Source: Takakia lepidozioides (taxonomy: Eukaryota; Plantae; Bryophyta). From it: 64,000 nt of DNA. The notes under the pieces were generated by a model, which was not told the DNA's origin, ran no database searches, and worked only from the letters and a program-made list of their open reading frames with translations. Every line of letters begins with the position of its first letter. Position 1 is the first letter of the stretch. Shown here piece by piece: positions 1 to 12,930 of the stretch. The translations under genes and the position numbers were made by a program. The stretch covers positions 29,946,001 to 30,010,000 of the forward strand of contig CM060732.1 in assembly GCA_030704615.1 (NCBI GenBank), read 5' to 3'.

Positions 1-1439
1 AAAGGCAACATCTCATTCTCAGCTCCTGTTTTTGTACCTCTTTGCAGCAGTCCAGCCTCGGGTGCCTCACTTTCTGATTGCTGGGTTGCATTCTTCGACC
101 GCCAACCTTTGACAGGAAAGTGTGCTCCCTCTTCCTCATTTTCTACTGGTTCCCTTGATGCTTCACCTCGTATGTCTTCCTCCTCATTTTTTAGCAGCAG
201 CTCCCATGCCTGAATTGCTATTTTTCCTCGTAGTTGATCTTGTGCTCTTTTTTTTCTCCGTAGCTTAATCAACTGTTTTGTCTTGGCAGCTCCCTTGCCA
301 TGAGTGCCTTGTCTCACTGCATCTCCCTTGGCTGCCCACCATCCGTGGAGTCTTTCTTGCACTATTCTGACCCTCGTTGGCATGCACTTTGCTGCGATGC
401 CCCACATGTATTTGTTGCTCCCTTTAATCATCAACATAGTGCACATGGAAGATGGAAGATGGTTTGTACACATGGAAGATGGAAGATAAATTCATGGTTT
501 GTACACATGCATGGATAGCTGAAGGACCAGGGATAGAGTGTGGGTCCAGATTCATAAGAGGGCCGGATTTCAAGTGAAGAAGATGTACGATCGACATCCA
601 GACAAAGAAGATTAACACTTCGATAAGGTATGATCTGGACTGAATATGTTGTCTTCATGGCTGACGTGAGGCTTTTCACAGATTCTCACCTCTTTGTCAT
701 GGTAGGCATGATGGTACATCCACAAGCTGTAGTGCCTTTGGATGAGAAGCAGTCCCCTCACAAAGTATACCGCTCGTTTTCTCAAGAGCATACCAATTCT
801 TTGCCTGCTAGAACGTATCCTTTTCACTCTGAAACAGAATCCACTTGTCATGTAGGGTTGGAGTAGCCCTGCCTGAGTTACCATCACACCCTCTCTTATT
901 GTGTGGGCAACAACCTGATATTACCATGATTGATTATTTTCAAGATCTTCAGGAACACTCAATCAGCTGACATGATTGTTGTTAGCTGTGTCAAGCCGCA
1001 ATCTCAAGCTTAGAATGGAACCTCAAGGCTGGCTTGGTAGAGCAGGACTATTCCCCTTTGGTGCTTATTACATGTATTCTTACCTCTGGGTGCAATTTTG
1101 TATCATGGGCTAGAATGGATAATTTGATGTTGAATTGTGTATCATTAGAATGGTTTTGTTGTTTGTAAGAAAGGTGTTTTGTAAGTTTTGTAGTTGGTTG
1201 CAAAGTGCTTTTCGTGAGTTTCATCCATAAACGTGTGTTAAAATGTTTGGCTTTAGAACAGTTATGTTTTGATAGCTTTCATAGTTATGACTACTAATGA
1301 CTACTAATGAAGGCACCTTCTTCAATTTCACCTTGTTGTCCCCTCTTATCAGAATCGCCCCTAATTATTCATGTCTGAATTCTGCAAGTTAGCTGGTTGA
1401 GTGAAGCTTTGATAGTTTGGAGTGACTTTGACATGATTC

Positions 1440-2390
1440 TGCTAATGTGACAACAAGAAAGTATCAGAAACAGGTAACACAGACGAGGAGAAGTTGTGGA
1501 ATGAATACTTTTCTGACCCCAGTCAATGGTGGGACAATCGAGGCAAGAAGGTGAATGTTTGTTGGATTATAGAGAGTAGCAGATGCAATTGAGCGTAGGA
1601 ACTAGTGTGATAAGTTGAGTTGGGTGCTTCCTAGAACAAGTCTAGGCTGTCATCGTCAACCGATAGCAACAAGGCAAGGTTGTATGCATGATTCGTGCGA
1701 GGCATGGATAGCTGAAGGAGCAAGGATAGAGTGTGGGTGCAGATTCACCCAAGAGGGCCGGACTTCAAGCTCCAGATTAATTATGAAGCTACAAGAAACC
1801 TGCATGGGTAGATGGTCAACTGGCAGCAACGGCACAATTGATAAAATCAGACATTGTTAATGAAGGCATCTTCTTCAACACATTTCACCCTTTTTTTTTC
1901 CCTCTTATCAGAATCAGCCCAAAATTTCCATGTTGAATTATGCAAGTTAGCTGGTTGAATGAATCTAGTTTGGAGTGACTTTGACATGATACTGCTATGT
2001 GATAACAGGAAAGTATCAAAAAACAAGTAACAGACATGAGGAGAAGCTGTGGAATGAATATTTTTCTGCCCCCAGTCAATGATGGGACAACCGAGGCAAA
2101 AAGGTGAATGCCTGCTACATTTCAGAGAATAGCAGACGCAATTGAGCATAGGAACTAGTGTGATAAGCTGAGTTGGGTGTTTCCTAGAACAAATGTAGGT
2201 TGTCATTGTCAGCTACTAGCAACAAAGCAAGGATGAATGCATGATTTGTGCAGGGGCATGGATAGCTGAAGGAGCAAGGATAGAGTGTGGTCCAGATTCA
2301 TCCTAGAGGGCCAAATTTCAAGCACAAGATTACCTATGATTCCCTGTGGATCAATAACTACAAGAAACCTCCATGGGTAGATGGTCTATT
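1440..2390 (+). pseudogene. Captured, degenerate OSB-type PDF-motif exons (two tandem copies; a further fragment at about 510-580)
   Basis: Encodes EEKLWNEYFSDPSQWWDNRGKK, then a GT donor, an intron, and xPxGP(D/N)FKHKIT-YDSLW-PPWV remnants with stops and indels. Confidence 0.7.
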
Positions 2391-2424
2391 CCGTGGAACT
2401 CACTAAAGTCTTGCATTATGAGGA

Positions 2425-2597
2425 TCAGAACTGCTTGGCAGCTTACTTGCACAAGGCCTTGACCCTTAGGCAATCCCCAGAGCAGCAGTAGCTTTTGGGC
2501 TGCTTTTTTACTTTGTGTTTTTTATTTTGTCCCATAAGCTCTTTGAGCTTTCCGCAGATGTAATAAAGTTCCATTTGTTTCATTTCATTTTGTTTCA
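2425..2597 (+). mobile_element. 3' end of a 5'-truncated LINE (family B) with (CATTT)n tail
   Basis: Encodes QNCLAAYLHKALTLRQS*, then CCCATAAGCTCT...AATAAAG and CATTT repeats. The same module occurs at about 21235, 24330 and (reverse) 37565-37760. Confidence 0.55.
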
Positions 2598-3188
2598 TGG
2601 CATGTCTTTCATTGTTTGTGCATTTCTAATGCATGATTAGTTCACTTGTATGGCATTACATGCGTATGTATCAGTCGACTCACTACAAACACCAAAACTC
2701 CAAAGCATGAATCACTATGAATGATTGTTCAAGTAATTTTGAGCACTTCATTTAAAGTAGTAAAGCAGTGGTTGCGCCAACTTCCGCAATCGCAATTGCC
2801 ACTGGGCATGTAGCACTGTAAGTTATGTGGTCACGTGGCAGCAGTGCTGCACGTCCTGGCGCCGCCACGTCGGTGTCCACATCGTCGTCCACGTCCACGT
2901 CCATGTGTCACCGCGCTCCGGTGAGTCGGTCCACTCATCCGGAGGGAAAAGTCAAAGTCAGCCCAAAATGTCAGACACACGGGCGGCCCGCCTGGTTACG
3001 CCACGTGGTTCTTCAGCATTAATCGTTGAGCAGTTGTTCGCGCATCTGCGTCCTTTACCACTCCAATCATTGGATGTCCAACCCAACTACCACGTCTGTT
3101 GTAACTTCATGTTGATCCCAGTTTTTTGACTTTTACGACTCAAAATGAGTCGTTACCCCAGTGGTAAATGACACGAATGCTTCTAGTG

Positions 3189-4377
3189 TCTGCACTCCCA
3201 TTGGATAGTGCATCCTCCCTGCCAACCGGGACGGTTGAGGCAGTGAGTGGGGGCGAGCACATGATAGTGGGTTGCAAACACCCATGGCAGATATGGGATG
3301 AGATGCGCAAAGAGAGAGTCATTGGATCTCTCAAGCAGCAGTATGAGGAGTGGGGAGAGCCATGGACTGAGGATCAGTTGGAGGCCAAGGTGGCCAAGGT
3401 TTTTGAAGAGGTTGAGGATGTTTCTTGCGCAGAGGATGTTCTCAAGGTGGCTAGCGGAGCAAGTGGAGGCTACGCCACAGTCAGATTGGGCGGACAAGGC
3501 CCAAGAGGTTGCTATCTAGCAACCAAATGATGCGTCTTCTACCTCCAAGCTTGGTGTACCCAAGGTTGCAGTCACTGAGGACAATTGGGAACCAGATGTT
3601 GGACCTGCAGTCACCGGAGGAGAAAGACAGAGGATCCAGCGATTTCTAAGGGCTTATAGAAATTGCTTTGCCTTCGGTTTGAAGGATTTGGGGAGTTTGA
3701 AGGGTCAGGAGATTCGTATTGATTTAACAAGTGACACGCCAATTTTTCGAAGGCCCTACCGGTATAGTGACATGGAAAGGTCATTGATCCAGTCACGGAC
3801 TATGGAGTTGTTCGAGGCTGGATTGGTAGAGTTGTCAAGCGGGGAGTATGCCTCGGCAACAGTGATGCCAGCTAAGAAGGATATCTATGGCAATTGGACA
3901 GAAAGGAGGATGTGTGGGGACTACCGTCCTGTGAACCGTCAGACTAAGTCCGATAGATATGTCATACCAACTCTAGAGGAGATCTTTGATGCCATTGGGC
4001 ATGCAAAGGTGTTTAGCACATTGGACTTGCGATCCGGTTACCACCAGTTGCCAATCAAAGAGGCTGACAAGCAAAAGACGGCATTCTGGGGGATTGACCA
4101 ACATGGGAAGGATTTCTTGTACCAATGGCGGTTCCTACCGTTTGGGTTGAAGAATGCTCCTGCAGAGTTTCAGAGGGTCATGGACAAGATTCTCGCGGGG
4201 CTAGATTTCGCTCGGTGCTACATTGATGACATCATCGTCTTTAGTGCTACGGTTGAGGAGCATGAGAGACACCTTCAGATGGTGTTTGAGCGCTTGAGAG
4301 CGCATGGATTGAAATTGCACCCTGGGAAGTGCAAGTTCTTCTACAACCAGATTGAGTATCTAGGCCACATGATATAC
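3189..4377 (+). mobile_element. Ty3/gypsy LTR retrotransposon pol fragment (reverse transcriptase), cut by CACTA elements on both sides
   Basis: ORF 3679-4383 has RMCGDYRPVN, LDLRSGYHQ, LPFGLKNAP, YIDD and EYLGH; it is interrupted at MIY by CACTAGAAG at 4378. Confidence 0.9.
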
Positions 4378-4499
4378 CACTAGAAGAAAAACGCGGAATA
4401 ACCACTTTGTTAACCACTCATTTTGAGTGGTGAAAGACACTAAACCACTCTGGCCCTAGAGTGATGAAGAACTAGTGCATTAGGACAAGTGAGTGGTAA

Positions 4500-4780
4500 A
4501 AGACATTACGTGGCACTGGTGGTTAAGGACAGTGGTTCGAACCACTCACGTCCGGGTCCACCTGTTAGCTGACGTGTCACAGTGGTAAATTAACCACTGT
4601 GACGTGTCATTGAGGTAAACCAACCACTTATGACGTGTCACAGTGGTAAACTGACGTGTCATAGTGGTAAAGTAACCACTTCCATTTTGTAGTGGAGACG
4701 TGTAAGCCGGTAGTCCGTGGATGATATTGGAGATTATGTCGACACGTGGCGACACTCTCAGCATGGACACGTGTTGTGTG
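4500..4780. promoter_or_regulatory. Cluster of ABRE/G-box-like motifs in CACTA subterminal repeats
   Basis: TGACGTGTCA at 4570, 4600, 4631 and 4652; GACACGTGGC at 4741; GACACGTG at about 4767. Confidence 0.45.
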
Positions 4781-5459
4781 TCAGTGCTACGAAATGGATG
4801 GAGTGAAAAATTCAATGACTTTCGAAACCACTTGTTGAGTGACCACAAAATGACTCATAGAGTCATTCTATGAAAACTGAGAATATACAATATCACTCAC
4901 AAAGTGGTTATGTGAGTGGATGACGTCTCTCAGCAGGTCATTGGAATGATTACCCACAGAGTGGTGTGTAAGCTATTTGAGTCATTCTCTCTCTAAGTGG
5001 GAACTATGGATTGGAGTCATTACTAACAGAGTGGTGTGTAAGTGATTAGGAATACCACTGGAGGAATTCATACCACTAGTACAGTAATATATATGTGACT
5101 ACTTATACCACTATGCAAGTGGTAATGTAGGCAATTGTGTGCATTTGGCTCTCCCACAGTTTTAAATTATACCACTATTACAATGATGTGAAAGTGATTA
5201 TGAACATGACTAGAGGAACACATACCACAAGTGTAGTGTCTAAAGAAGTACCATTGGGGATTCAAGCTCCACAAAATAGAATAGAATCCCAGAGAGTTAA
5301 GTGCTGGAACACTGTCAACAAAATCCAGCCATGATAAAAGCACTAAGCCTAACTTGTACACAGCGTCTCCACATGCATGCTAGGAACATTGAACTGCTTT
5401 CATGCCTTCTTCTCACTGCCAACAATGTCTATGCCCGGGCGAACGAAATCTAAGCCATC

Positions 5460-8237
5460 TTCATGTTCTTCTCTGGCCAAAGACAATTCAGACCAACGAC
5501 ATCATCCAACATTGTTTGCGGTGGGACCTCTTCCTCGTTAGGGTGAGGCAAGACACAATTGACAAATATAGATATCATTCACCTCAACCCGCCACAATCC
5601 CTCAGATATAACAGGGCAGTGATATGTATCTTTGTCAGGCACACCAGTGACAATTCCACTGGCAGCCCTGTGTCGTGGTAAATGAGGATCATACAGGCTG
5701 ATTTTGTCCTTCAACTTAAACTGCACACAACACCCACCATAAAACCCACATTAATCAACCCATGAAGACATACATGTACATTGAAAACTAGATAATGAGG
5801 ACCGCCCAGTATAAGCAATCACTGAAAGTGTAGAGTACTTTTGGTAGCATAAGAATATCTGCCACTGTGGCAGGGGGTTGATATTTGCGGGTTGCCTTTG
5901 AAGGCGCCGCAGTTGGTGCACTGTCAGTGGCAGTATCAAGAGCGGCTTTCTCAGCCTGCAAACATCACGCCCAACACCCCTTAGCAGTTTCATTTAGCAA
6001 TGCATCTACTAATAGTTTGAAGTACCCAACATGTAAATGGCCACATTGTACAGAACTAATAGCCAACAGGTGCATGCATGCTCACCTCTAGTATGGAAAC
6101 TGATGCATGGAGAGGTGCCTCCTGAAGGCCCACCTGACTCTTACTCCCGCTAGAACTTGGTGTTATGTCGCCATTTGCATCAGTCAAGGACTTTGTGCCT
6201 TTGGCAGCAGTGGCTCTGGTTACACGCTCTCCTTTTCGCATGTACTTCTTCTCAGCTCCCTTCACGATGGCTGGGGCAGGGTCCTCTGCTTTAGTCCCCT
6301 TCTACATGCCAACAAAACAACAAGGTATAGTACATGAGTACGTCTTACCATACCTGATGCATAGAATTCATGGCACACACCAATAAATAGATCATTCATG
6401 AAATGTTTTCAGAGTCAAAAACAGAAAGCCCAAGGACAGGAACCAAGACAAAGTCTTTGAGGGCGTACCTCTTTTTGTGGGGAAGTTGGCTTCACATGCT
6501 GATCTGCCAACCCCCTACTGTCACCTTTACCAGCACTCTCGGTGGAGCAAACGTCCTCACCAGCAGCCAATATTGCTGTCCCGCCAGCTCCACCTCCCTT
6601 CTTACGTGGCAATTTATCAGGAATTCCCTTGCGCCCCAATTTTACTTGGGTCACCATAATGACAGACGACTTTGGCTTTTCCCCAACCTCAAGAGGTTCT
6701 CCCTGCACCCAAGCAAAACATACCAGAGCAGTAAACTTCAAAGTCAACTAACACTGAATGGATGACAACCACAAATATAAGTTGGGGTGAAGGTACACAA
6801 ACCACATTCTCCGTAGCAGTCTTGCCTCCCAAGCCTGCGTCGGAATCGCAAGGTTCAATAACAGTACATATTGGGATAGTAGTTGGAGGAGGGGCGGTTG
6901 CTGACATTCCCAACATCATTGCCATCAATGCATCCAGTTTTTTGCTATTGTCCGCAGAAGCCTTAGCAACTTCTGCTTTTATAGTGGCCAATTCGCCCTC
7001 AATCGTCGGGATCTGAACCTCTGCCAAGGCAAGCACACTGCCCTCAAGGGACGACAGTGGAGACTACATCGCACTGCCCCCTCCCTATACAGCCAAAGAA
7101 AGACACATAATCAGCCCGCATGGCCTGGCTACTGCTCCAACAAAATGAACGCAACAAAAAAAAAATACCCACACGCCATTTACCTGTGCACCTCCAATTG
7201 ACTGGGAAGCCTAAACCCTTGTCCGCCTTCGATGCATGTGTCAGCTCAGTGATGCTTGGACTTCGTGCTCTCTCTTTCTTCTGCCAGGGCCACAACAAAA
7301 AAAAAATTAGCCCCTATTCATCCAAACAAGTGGGGCGTTTACAGAGGCATGACTGTAGTGACAGTTTGCAACTACCTCACAGGGCAGAGATGGTATCATT
7401 CTCCATCACATACATGTGTATATATGTATCATATAGATGTATACATATACTAAAATGTGGTGCAGATATTCATATTACCAAGCGTCGGGCCTGTCCAGCC
7501 AACCCTGCTCTTCCAACCCTCGATGGGTTGGTAACATTGGATCGTGCTCTCTTCATGTTCTCACGCTCTTTCTTGCCCTTGGAGGAATCCCAGTACTTCA
7601 CCAATGCATCCCAATGGCAAGACTCTACACTCGGAGGGCATGGATCTCCAGCCAACCACACCAGCTTTAACTTTTGGCGGTGTACTTTTATAATCCTCCC
7701 ACATGCTTTTTGGAACTTGTCAACGCTCATAAGTTTAGGATAGTACTCAAAATCCGCGTCCATGGATTCCTTAACCTTTGTCATGTCACTGGGTTCCTGC
7801 TTGTCTGCTAGCAAAATGCTAGGATCAAGATATCTGATGCAGAGTCCCCGCAAGGAGCTCTACCAGTAATCCTTCCCTTCACACCCCTGGTCTACTTCCC
7901 CCTTAGAGTTTAGTTGTACCTTATGCGGCTTCAGCCCAACAGATTTGCGGGCTTTCGCATCAGTTTCATGTTCCTTTGCAGCCAGCCTTTTTTGTCTTTT
8001 TTTGTTTGCAGCCTGCGATGCCACATCCCCTTGCTGTGTGGAATCTTGATCATCACCAGCAGGGGGGGTGAATGGAGGAGCAACACCATTAAAAGGGGGG
8101 CCTGCCCACTGCCCACCAGTGGCGTTGCATGGAGGGCCCCAAGTTTGGGCACCTCCGTGTACCCAAGCTCCTTGGGGTCCTCCATTGGACCCACTTGGAA
8201 TCCATGACCACGTGTTCGTCGTCTGTGGAGGGGCCAT
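5460..8237 (-). pseudogene. CACTA TnpA/Ptta-like ORF2 pseudogene (multi-exon)
   Basis: 7470-8237 is one frame with a TAG at 7860. It contains HWDALVKYWDSSKGKKERENMKRARS (Transposase_24-like). 5460-5726 encodes ASGIV..YH...WRVEV...LPHP...LDDVVG..LWP, resembling the Tnp1/EnSpm C-terminal domain. Confidence 0.65.
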
Positions 8238-9298
8238 GGGCTACTGCCAGGTAGTGCTCCTTGCATTGCTGCAGCCACGTTTGCCCTCCTGCTCTCATTT
8301 TGTTTTACTTAACTTGATCAAATAATTTACAAGTGAATTAAGGTAGTGGTATCTAGAAGTGTGCATTTAAGCAGTGTGCACTGCTCAAAGGGTGCAGTGT
8401 CTCAAAAATTATATGAGCAGAATAGCAAATGAAGCAACAATTACTTGTGCAAAGCACATAATTTTCCAATCACGGATGTATTATATATGAATTATCAAAG
8501 TCAAACTACAAATTATCCCACTTCTGCTCAGTAGGTCCCTCCTGTAATGCCATATATTCATCCCTGATATGTGCTTAAAGGTGCTTAAAGGCACAAGGTG
8601 TGCACCTACACCTTTCTCAAAGAATTACCAAAACCAGGCCATGTGTGGGCCCAGAAGTATGTGCCTCCCAACGCGGAATTCGGCGCATCTACCAATGGAA
8701 GGACCCATAGCTTTCCTTGCATGGATGATGACCTGTGCAAAATCTGACCATACACAGAGAAGTAGGATCCCTAAGTCTGCCCTGAGTTGACCTACATCTC
8801 CTAAGACATGGCCATCCTAGAACCCTAAACTAGCCGACCTCGTGGAAAGATATGGAAGACTCGACGGCTCCTTCATTTCCCATTCTCCCGTAAACTGAAG
8901 CATGATAAAAGTGTGCAACTTAGCAGTATCTAAAGTGAGCCATGCATCCCATTTGCATTCATGCCTGGCTGCTGTATTAACCAGCCATTGTCCCGAAATA
9001 CCTGCCTCCACTTTAAAAAACAAATGGGGAATTTGCTGTGTAGTTAGCTTCACTAACCCACCATTAATTAAGCCCCTCGTACTCCCAAAACACTCCATGC
9101 TGTACCTAATCTAAAGCAGTAAATAACCTTGAACTGCCTCCATTGCAAAAGTGCACAATGCTGGGATGAAAGCAGCGACTCTATTCATAAAAAATAGGGG
9201 ACAGATAAAGGCAACGCACACTTCTAGATGCCACTACCTTAGGTCTTGGATCGGTTTGTCTGTGCGATGCCTGAAAAGCAATTTTGATTGTGTCCGTT

Positions 9299-9941
9299 TA
9301 GGGCCAATACATACCTTGCTCCATACTATGGTATATACCATACCTGTCTAGTATTGCAATGGACAAGATTGGTGTTGATACCAGTATTGCTGTTCAATGC
9401 TATGTGAGCCTCCAAAGGCACAGTAGGTGTATGTGTGGAGTTAGGGCAAGGGAATTCAAGGGAATTCATGGCATTCATGGCATCTGCGTTATACTCAATG
9501 TGCAATGTATAAAAATACAGGTATGGTATGGTGTATTTTTGCATGTGCAATGTGTATGTGCAATGTGTTTTTGTGCATTGTACTATAATTGTGATCCATT
9601 ACGAAGGTCTTTAAAAAAAATAAAAAAGAGAAGAGGGACGGAGGCCTCAAAGCTTTATAAATGTGAGGGATGTAACCTTTTTACCATGTTATTGAATATT
9701 TTCTTGAATATACTAAATATACCCGGGGCAATATTCATATCCCCCAATACGAGATGGAAAAAAAACAAATATTGATACCCTACTGATATACATCCACAAT
9801 TTTACGCTATTGATACCCCTCCTATACCCTACCCGGCCCCCTTACCCCAATACCAGGACAATACTAGTATTGGGAAATGTGGGCCCTTGTGATACCAGGA
9901 CTAGTCTGGTATAATATTTTCGTGATACCAGTCCAACACTG
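9299..9941. mobile_element. Probable non-autonomous hAT-like remnant
   Basis: Starts TAGGGCCAATACAT (13/14 match to the reverse complement of 62607-62620), contains many ATACC/GGTAT repeats and ends CCAACACTG like 50153-50161. No 8-bp TSD found. Confidence 0.35.
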
Positions 9942-11399
9942 GATTATACCACATCCTACAAGGTAGTAGGATTTGGTTAGTGCTATATCCAACTAAGCTA
10001 CCAATCGCTGGTGATGTACTTACAATGAGAGCAAAACTCATGTTTTATGCTATATTGTTTGATAAGCAAAATGTGTCGGCGTGCTTGTGATGTTGGAGCC
10101 AATTTAATACTTAAGCCTTAAGGGTCCGCCATTGGGCAAATTTCATCCCCCAAAAAAAATGTGCGAGTTAATTGAGGTGGCATCGTTTTTGATCTACCAC
10201 ACTCTTTGATAGAGAGCTTCTTTTAAAGAATGCCAATATATATATAATGCCAGCCACAACTAGCGTAAATAAGAAGCCTCTTCCCCATGCGGATACTGCA
10301 CTTCAGGGGTGGGCTCTATCAGCACAAGAATGTCAATTATATGCAATCAAGATCTTTTGTATGATTCCAGGGGGTGGTTAACCTTGCTCCTACCCCTGCC
10401 CTGATGACTTGTTGAAAACACTTGTATGTGCATAAATTAACGCACAAATTGAAGATTGAGAGTTTTTAGGGGTCAAGAGAGTGAAAGTTGTACATAGACA
10501 GTATAAAATCATGACCATTTGTTACATCGAAACACTGAAACAACTACTTGTTATGCTATAAATTGAATTGTCTGCCATGACCATCAACCTATAAGAGCTT
10601 AGGCTATACAACTAAGGGCCAGCCCTGATGGAGTTGAATTTGAGATCTCCGGGCTAAGACCAAGTATTTAGGGTCTTTAGGGGGCTGTTTCAGTCCTTTT
10701 GGGCGGCCTTCATACGGGATTCCATATGTCTATTTGATTTCTTGCAGGATGGAGGGGTTTCCGACACAATTAGAGACCGATTTATGGCTCGATGAATATA
10801 AAAGGATTTCCTGGCCAATGCAAAATTTCTTATCTTTCTATATTATTTATTAGTTGAAATTGGCATTTTTGCTTAGAAATTAGTTTAAAAAAATAGAAAT
10901 TTTATTGTTTTAATTTTTATTTGCAATTATTTTTTATTAAATAAAAAACTACTTAAATAAAATTTTATCTAATTTTGTATTCTAAGTCTATTTCTATTGG
11001 GATTTGGCCTTAATAAAATAGAGGGAAAATAGATGGGCTATTTGTAGAGTATTTTCTAGCTAGGTTATGGTTGCTCCTCCCTCGGAATGACAGATAGTGA
11101 AGATAAACTTCACCCCACATGTGCGGTTTCGGCCCCAACTTAGGCGGCATGCCCTAATAACACCCTCGAGAGAGCTTCAGAAGTAGTTTCCCCGATGGAC
11201 TTATGGTGAAGCCGTGCTAACCGTAATTAAAAGACTTGGGAAGAAAAATAGACATGACTAGTTATAGGACAAATGTTTTATTGATCTGTAAGTGGGAGTA
11301 GTTGGACTTTACACTTCTGGGTAGATAATTAAAAGGAGATTTCTTCTATTGGTCGCCGATCCTTTACTAGATAGTGGAACATTTGCAAGTGGACACTTC

Positions 11400-12400
11400 T
11401 TGATCCTACCCCACCTCGTCGTCAAACTCCATACTCTTTGTGACGTCATCTTTTGTGCTTACATGTGAAGGCTCATCAACACTCCTCCATTTTTATTGTT
11501 TTTGTCGACTTCATTGGCTTTTCTCTAGCTTAGACCCTGGAGAATGGTTTTGGATAAACATGAAGCATGACCCATTCTTTGCTTATAAAATAAAGATTGG
11601 TTATTTGCTGCTCCATCTTACAATATTTCCCATGGACACGAAATGGACGACCAATGGGCTCATACTCAGGATTGCCCAGTGATTTGAACCTCAATTTAGT
11701 CTGATGTTTGGAGGAAAGACAGAGCTGCCAAGAGTAGCAGCTTCTTGTGGAAATTAATTAACCGGATGCTTCAAGTTTTGAGCTTTATCAACAATATCCC
11801 CACTTTCCGTGGGATTTGCGATTCAAAGACAAGCTGAAAGTTTGGAACATTGTCTCATTGATTGCCCGTGGGCAAGAGCTATCTAATGCTTAATATTTGA
11901 TGTTCTACTCCATTTAATGGAGTCCTCATACTACAAACTCTTCTTCTGTTCTCCTCTTGAATTTCAGTGTTGGGAGCTTTTGGAGCACTTGCCTAGTCTG
12001 GGCCACTTTATGAGCACATACATACATCTGGAATGTATGGAGAGCATGCTGCTTATTTTATTTTGCTAGCATAGAACCTCATGTGAAAACAATCTTGTAT
12101 AGGGTTCACTCAGGTCTCTGGTGTAAAGCTCGAAAAGTGTGGCAGCTAGCTTTTTGTAAATGTGCAACGCAAAGGAGGGTTGTCAAGCTACTCTATGAGT
12201 TTTGACAATATGACAAATCATTTGCATTCCAATTCGAGAATTGATTAGAACACGCTACATGTTGGGCGGCAGCTCCCATTGTACCAGATTTTCTCCAACT
12301 GAGGTCGAGGAACCTGAAGTTAATTGGAGGCATCCTAGGAGTTTTAGAAAAGAAATTCAATGGCCCACCTCTCTTTTGAGCCTTACAAAAGGAAACAAGG
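11400..12400 (+). mobile_element. Highly degenerate L1/Tx1-type LINE 3' remnant (boundaries approximate)
   Basis: QAESLEHCLIDCPWARAI* (zf-RVT-like) at about 11830-11885 and IWNVWRA at about 12025-12050. Confidence 0.4.
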
Positions 12401-12930
12401 TAGTTATGTGACCATTGTTACTGATTTCTTGGTTATATTGACTATTTGTACGGGGCAGTGTCCCCTTGTTAAGCCTTCATGGCCATGTTGGCAAGGTTAT
12501 CTTTTCCTTGCAGTTTTAATTCAATGTGTGGGTCTCTATCCCAACTTTTCTTTAAATAAATAAATAAAGATCATTAGCAAACCGGTGTGGGCCCTTGCCT
12601 TGGCTTCGACCCATGAATAGTAATTTGCAGAATGACCATTGACCCCCCAAGCGCCCGGACAAATGAGTGATATATTTCGATACACTAAGGATCACAAAAA
12701 TAATGAAGTTTTTCCGGGAATAGTTCCGCTGTTTCTTGCTTCCTCTGTAGCACCGCAAATTTGCTAGCCACCTCCATCTTTCTGTAACCCTAGACAAATG
12801 ATGGTGGTCCTTCAAGACTGTCCATCCATCCAGAAACAAGTGGCTAGCCGTGTATGGCTCCTCAATGAAACCTATTTTCATCCATAATAAACCTGAAAAT
12901 TTATCCTTTTATTTTTCATAAACTGTTCAA

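Larger units (their letters stand above)
1..3188. mobile_element. Non-autonomous Pack-CACTA element, copy A (runs off the left window edge; inverted relative to copy B)
   Basis: Ends in GACACGAATGCTTCTAGTG (3170-3188), the reverse complement of the CACTAGAAGCATTCGTGTC TIR. 1-442 and about 1296-3188 are the reverse complement of about 39880-39432 and 38880-36937. No transposase; carries PDF-motif host fragments. Confidence 0.87.
4378..9290 (-). mobile_element. Defective CACTA/EnSpm transposon (one terminus plus TnpA-like ORF2); right boundary approximate
   Basis: Begins CACTAGAAGAAAAACG exactly inside gypsy RT, with dense ACCACT/AGTGGT subterminal repeats at 4400-5130. Minus-strand TnpA-like ORFs follow. 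No partner TIR or TAC TSD found. Confidence 0.8.

Noticed and set aside
11080-11400. Organellar insertion or group II intron fragment
   Set aside because: Only a vague resemblance; no convincing domain V or organellar gene sequence.
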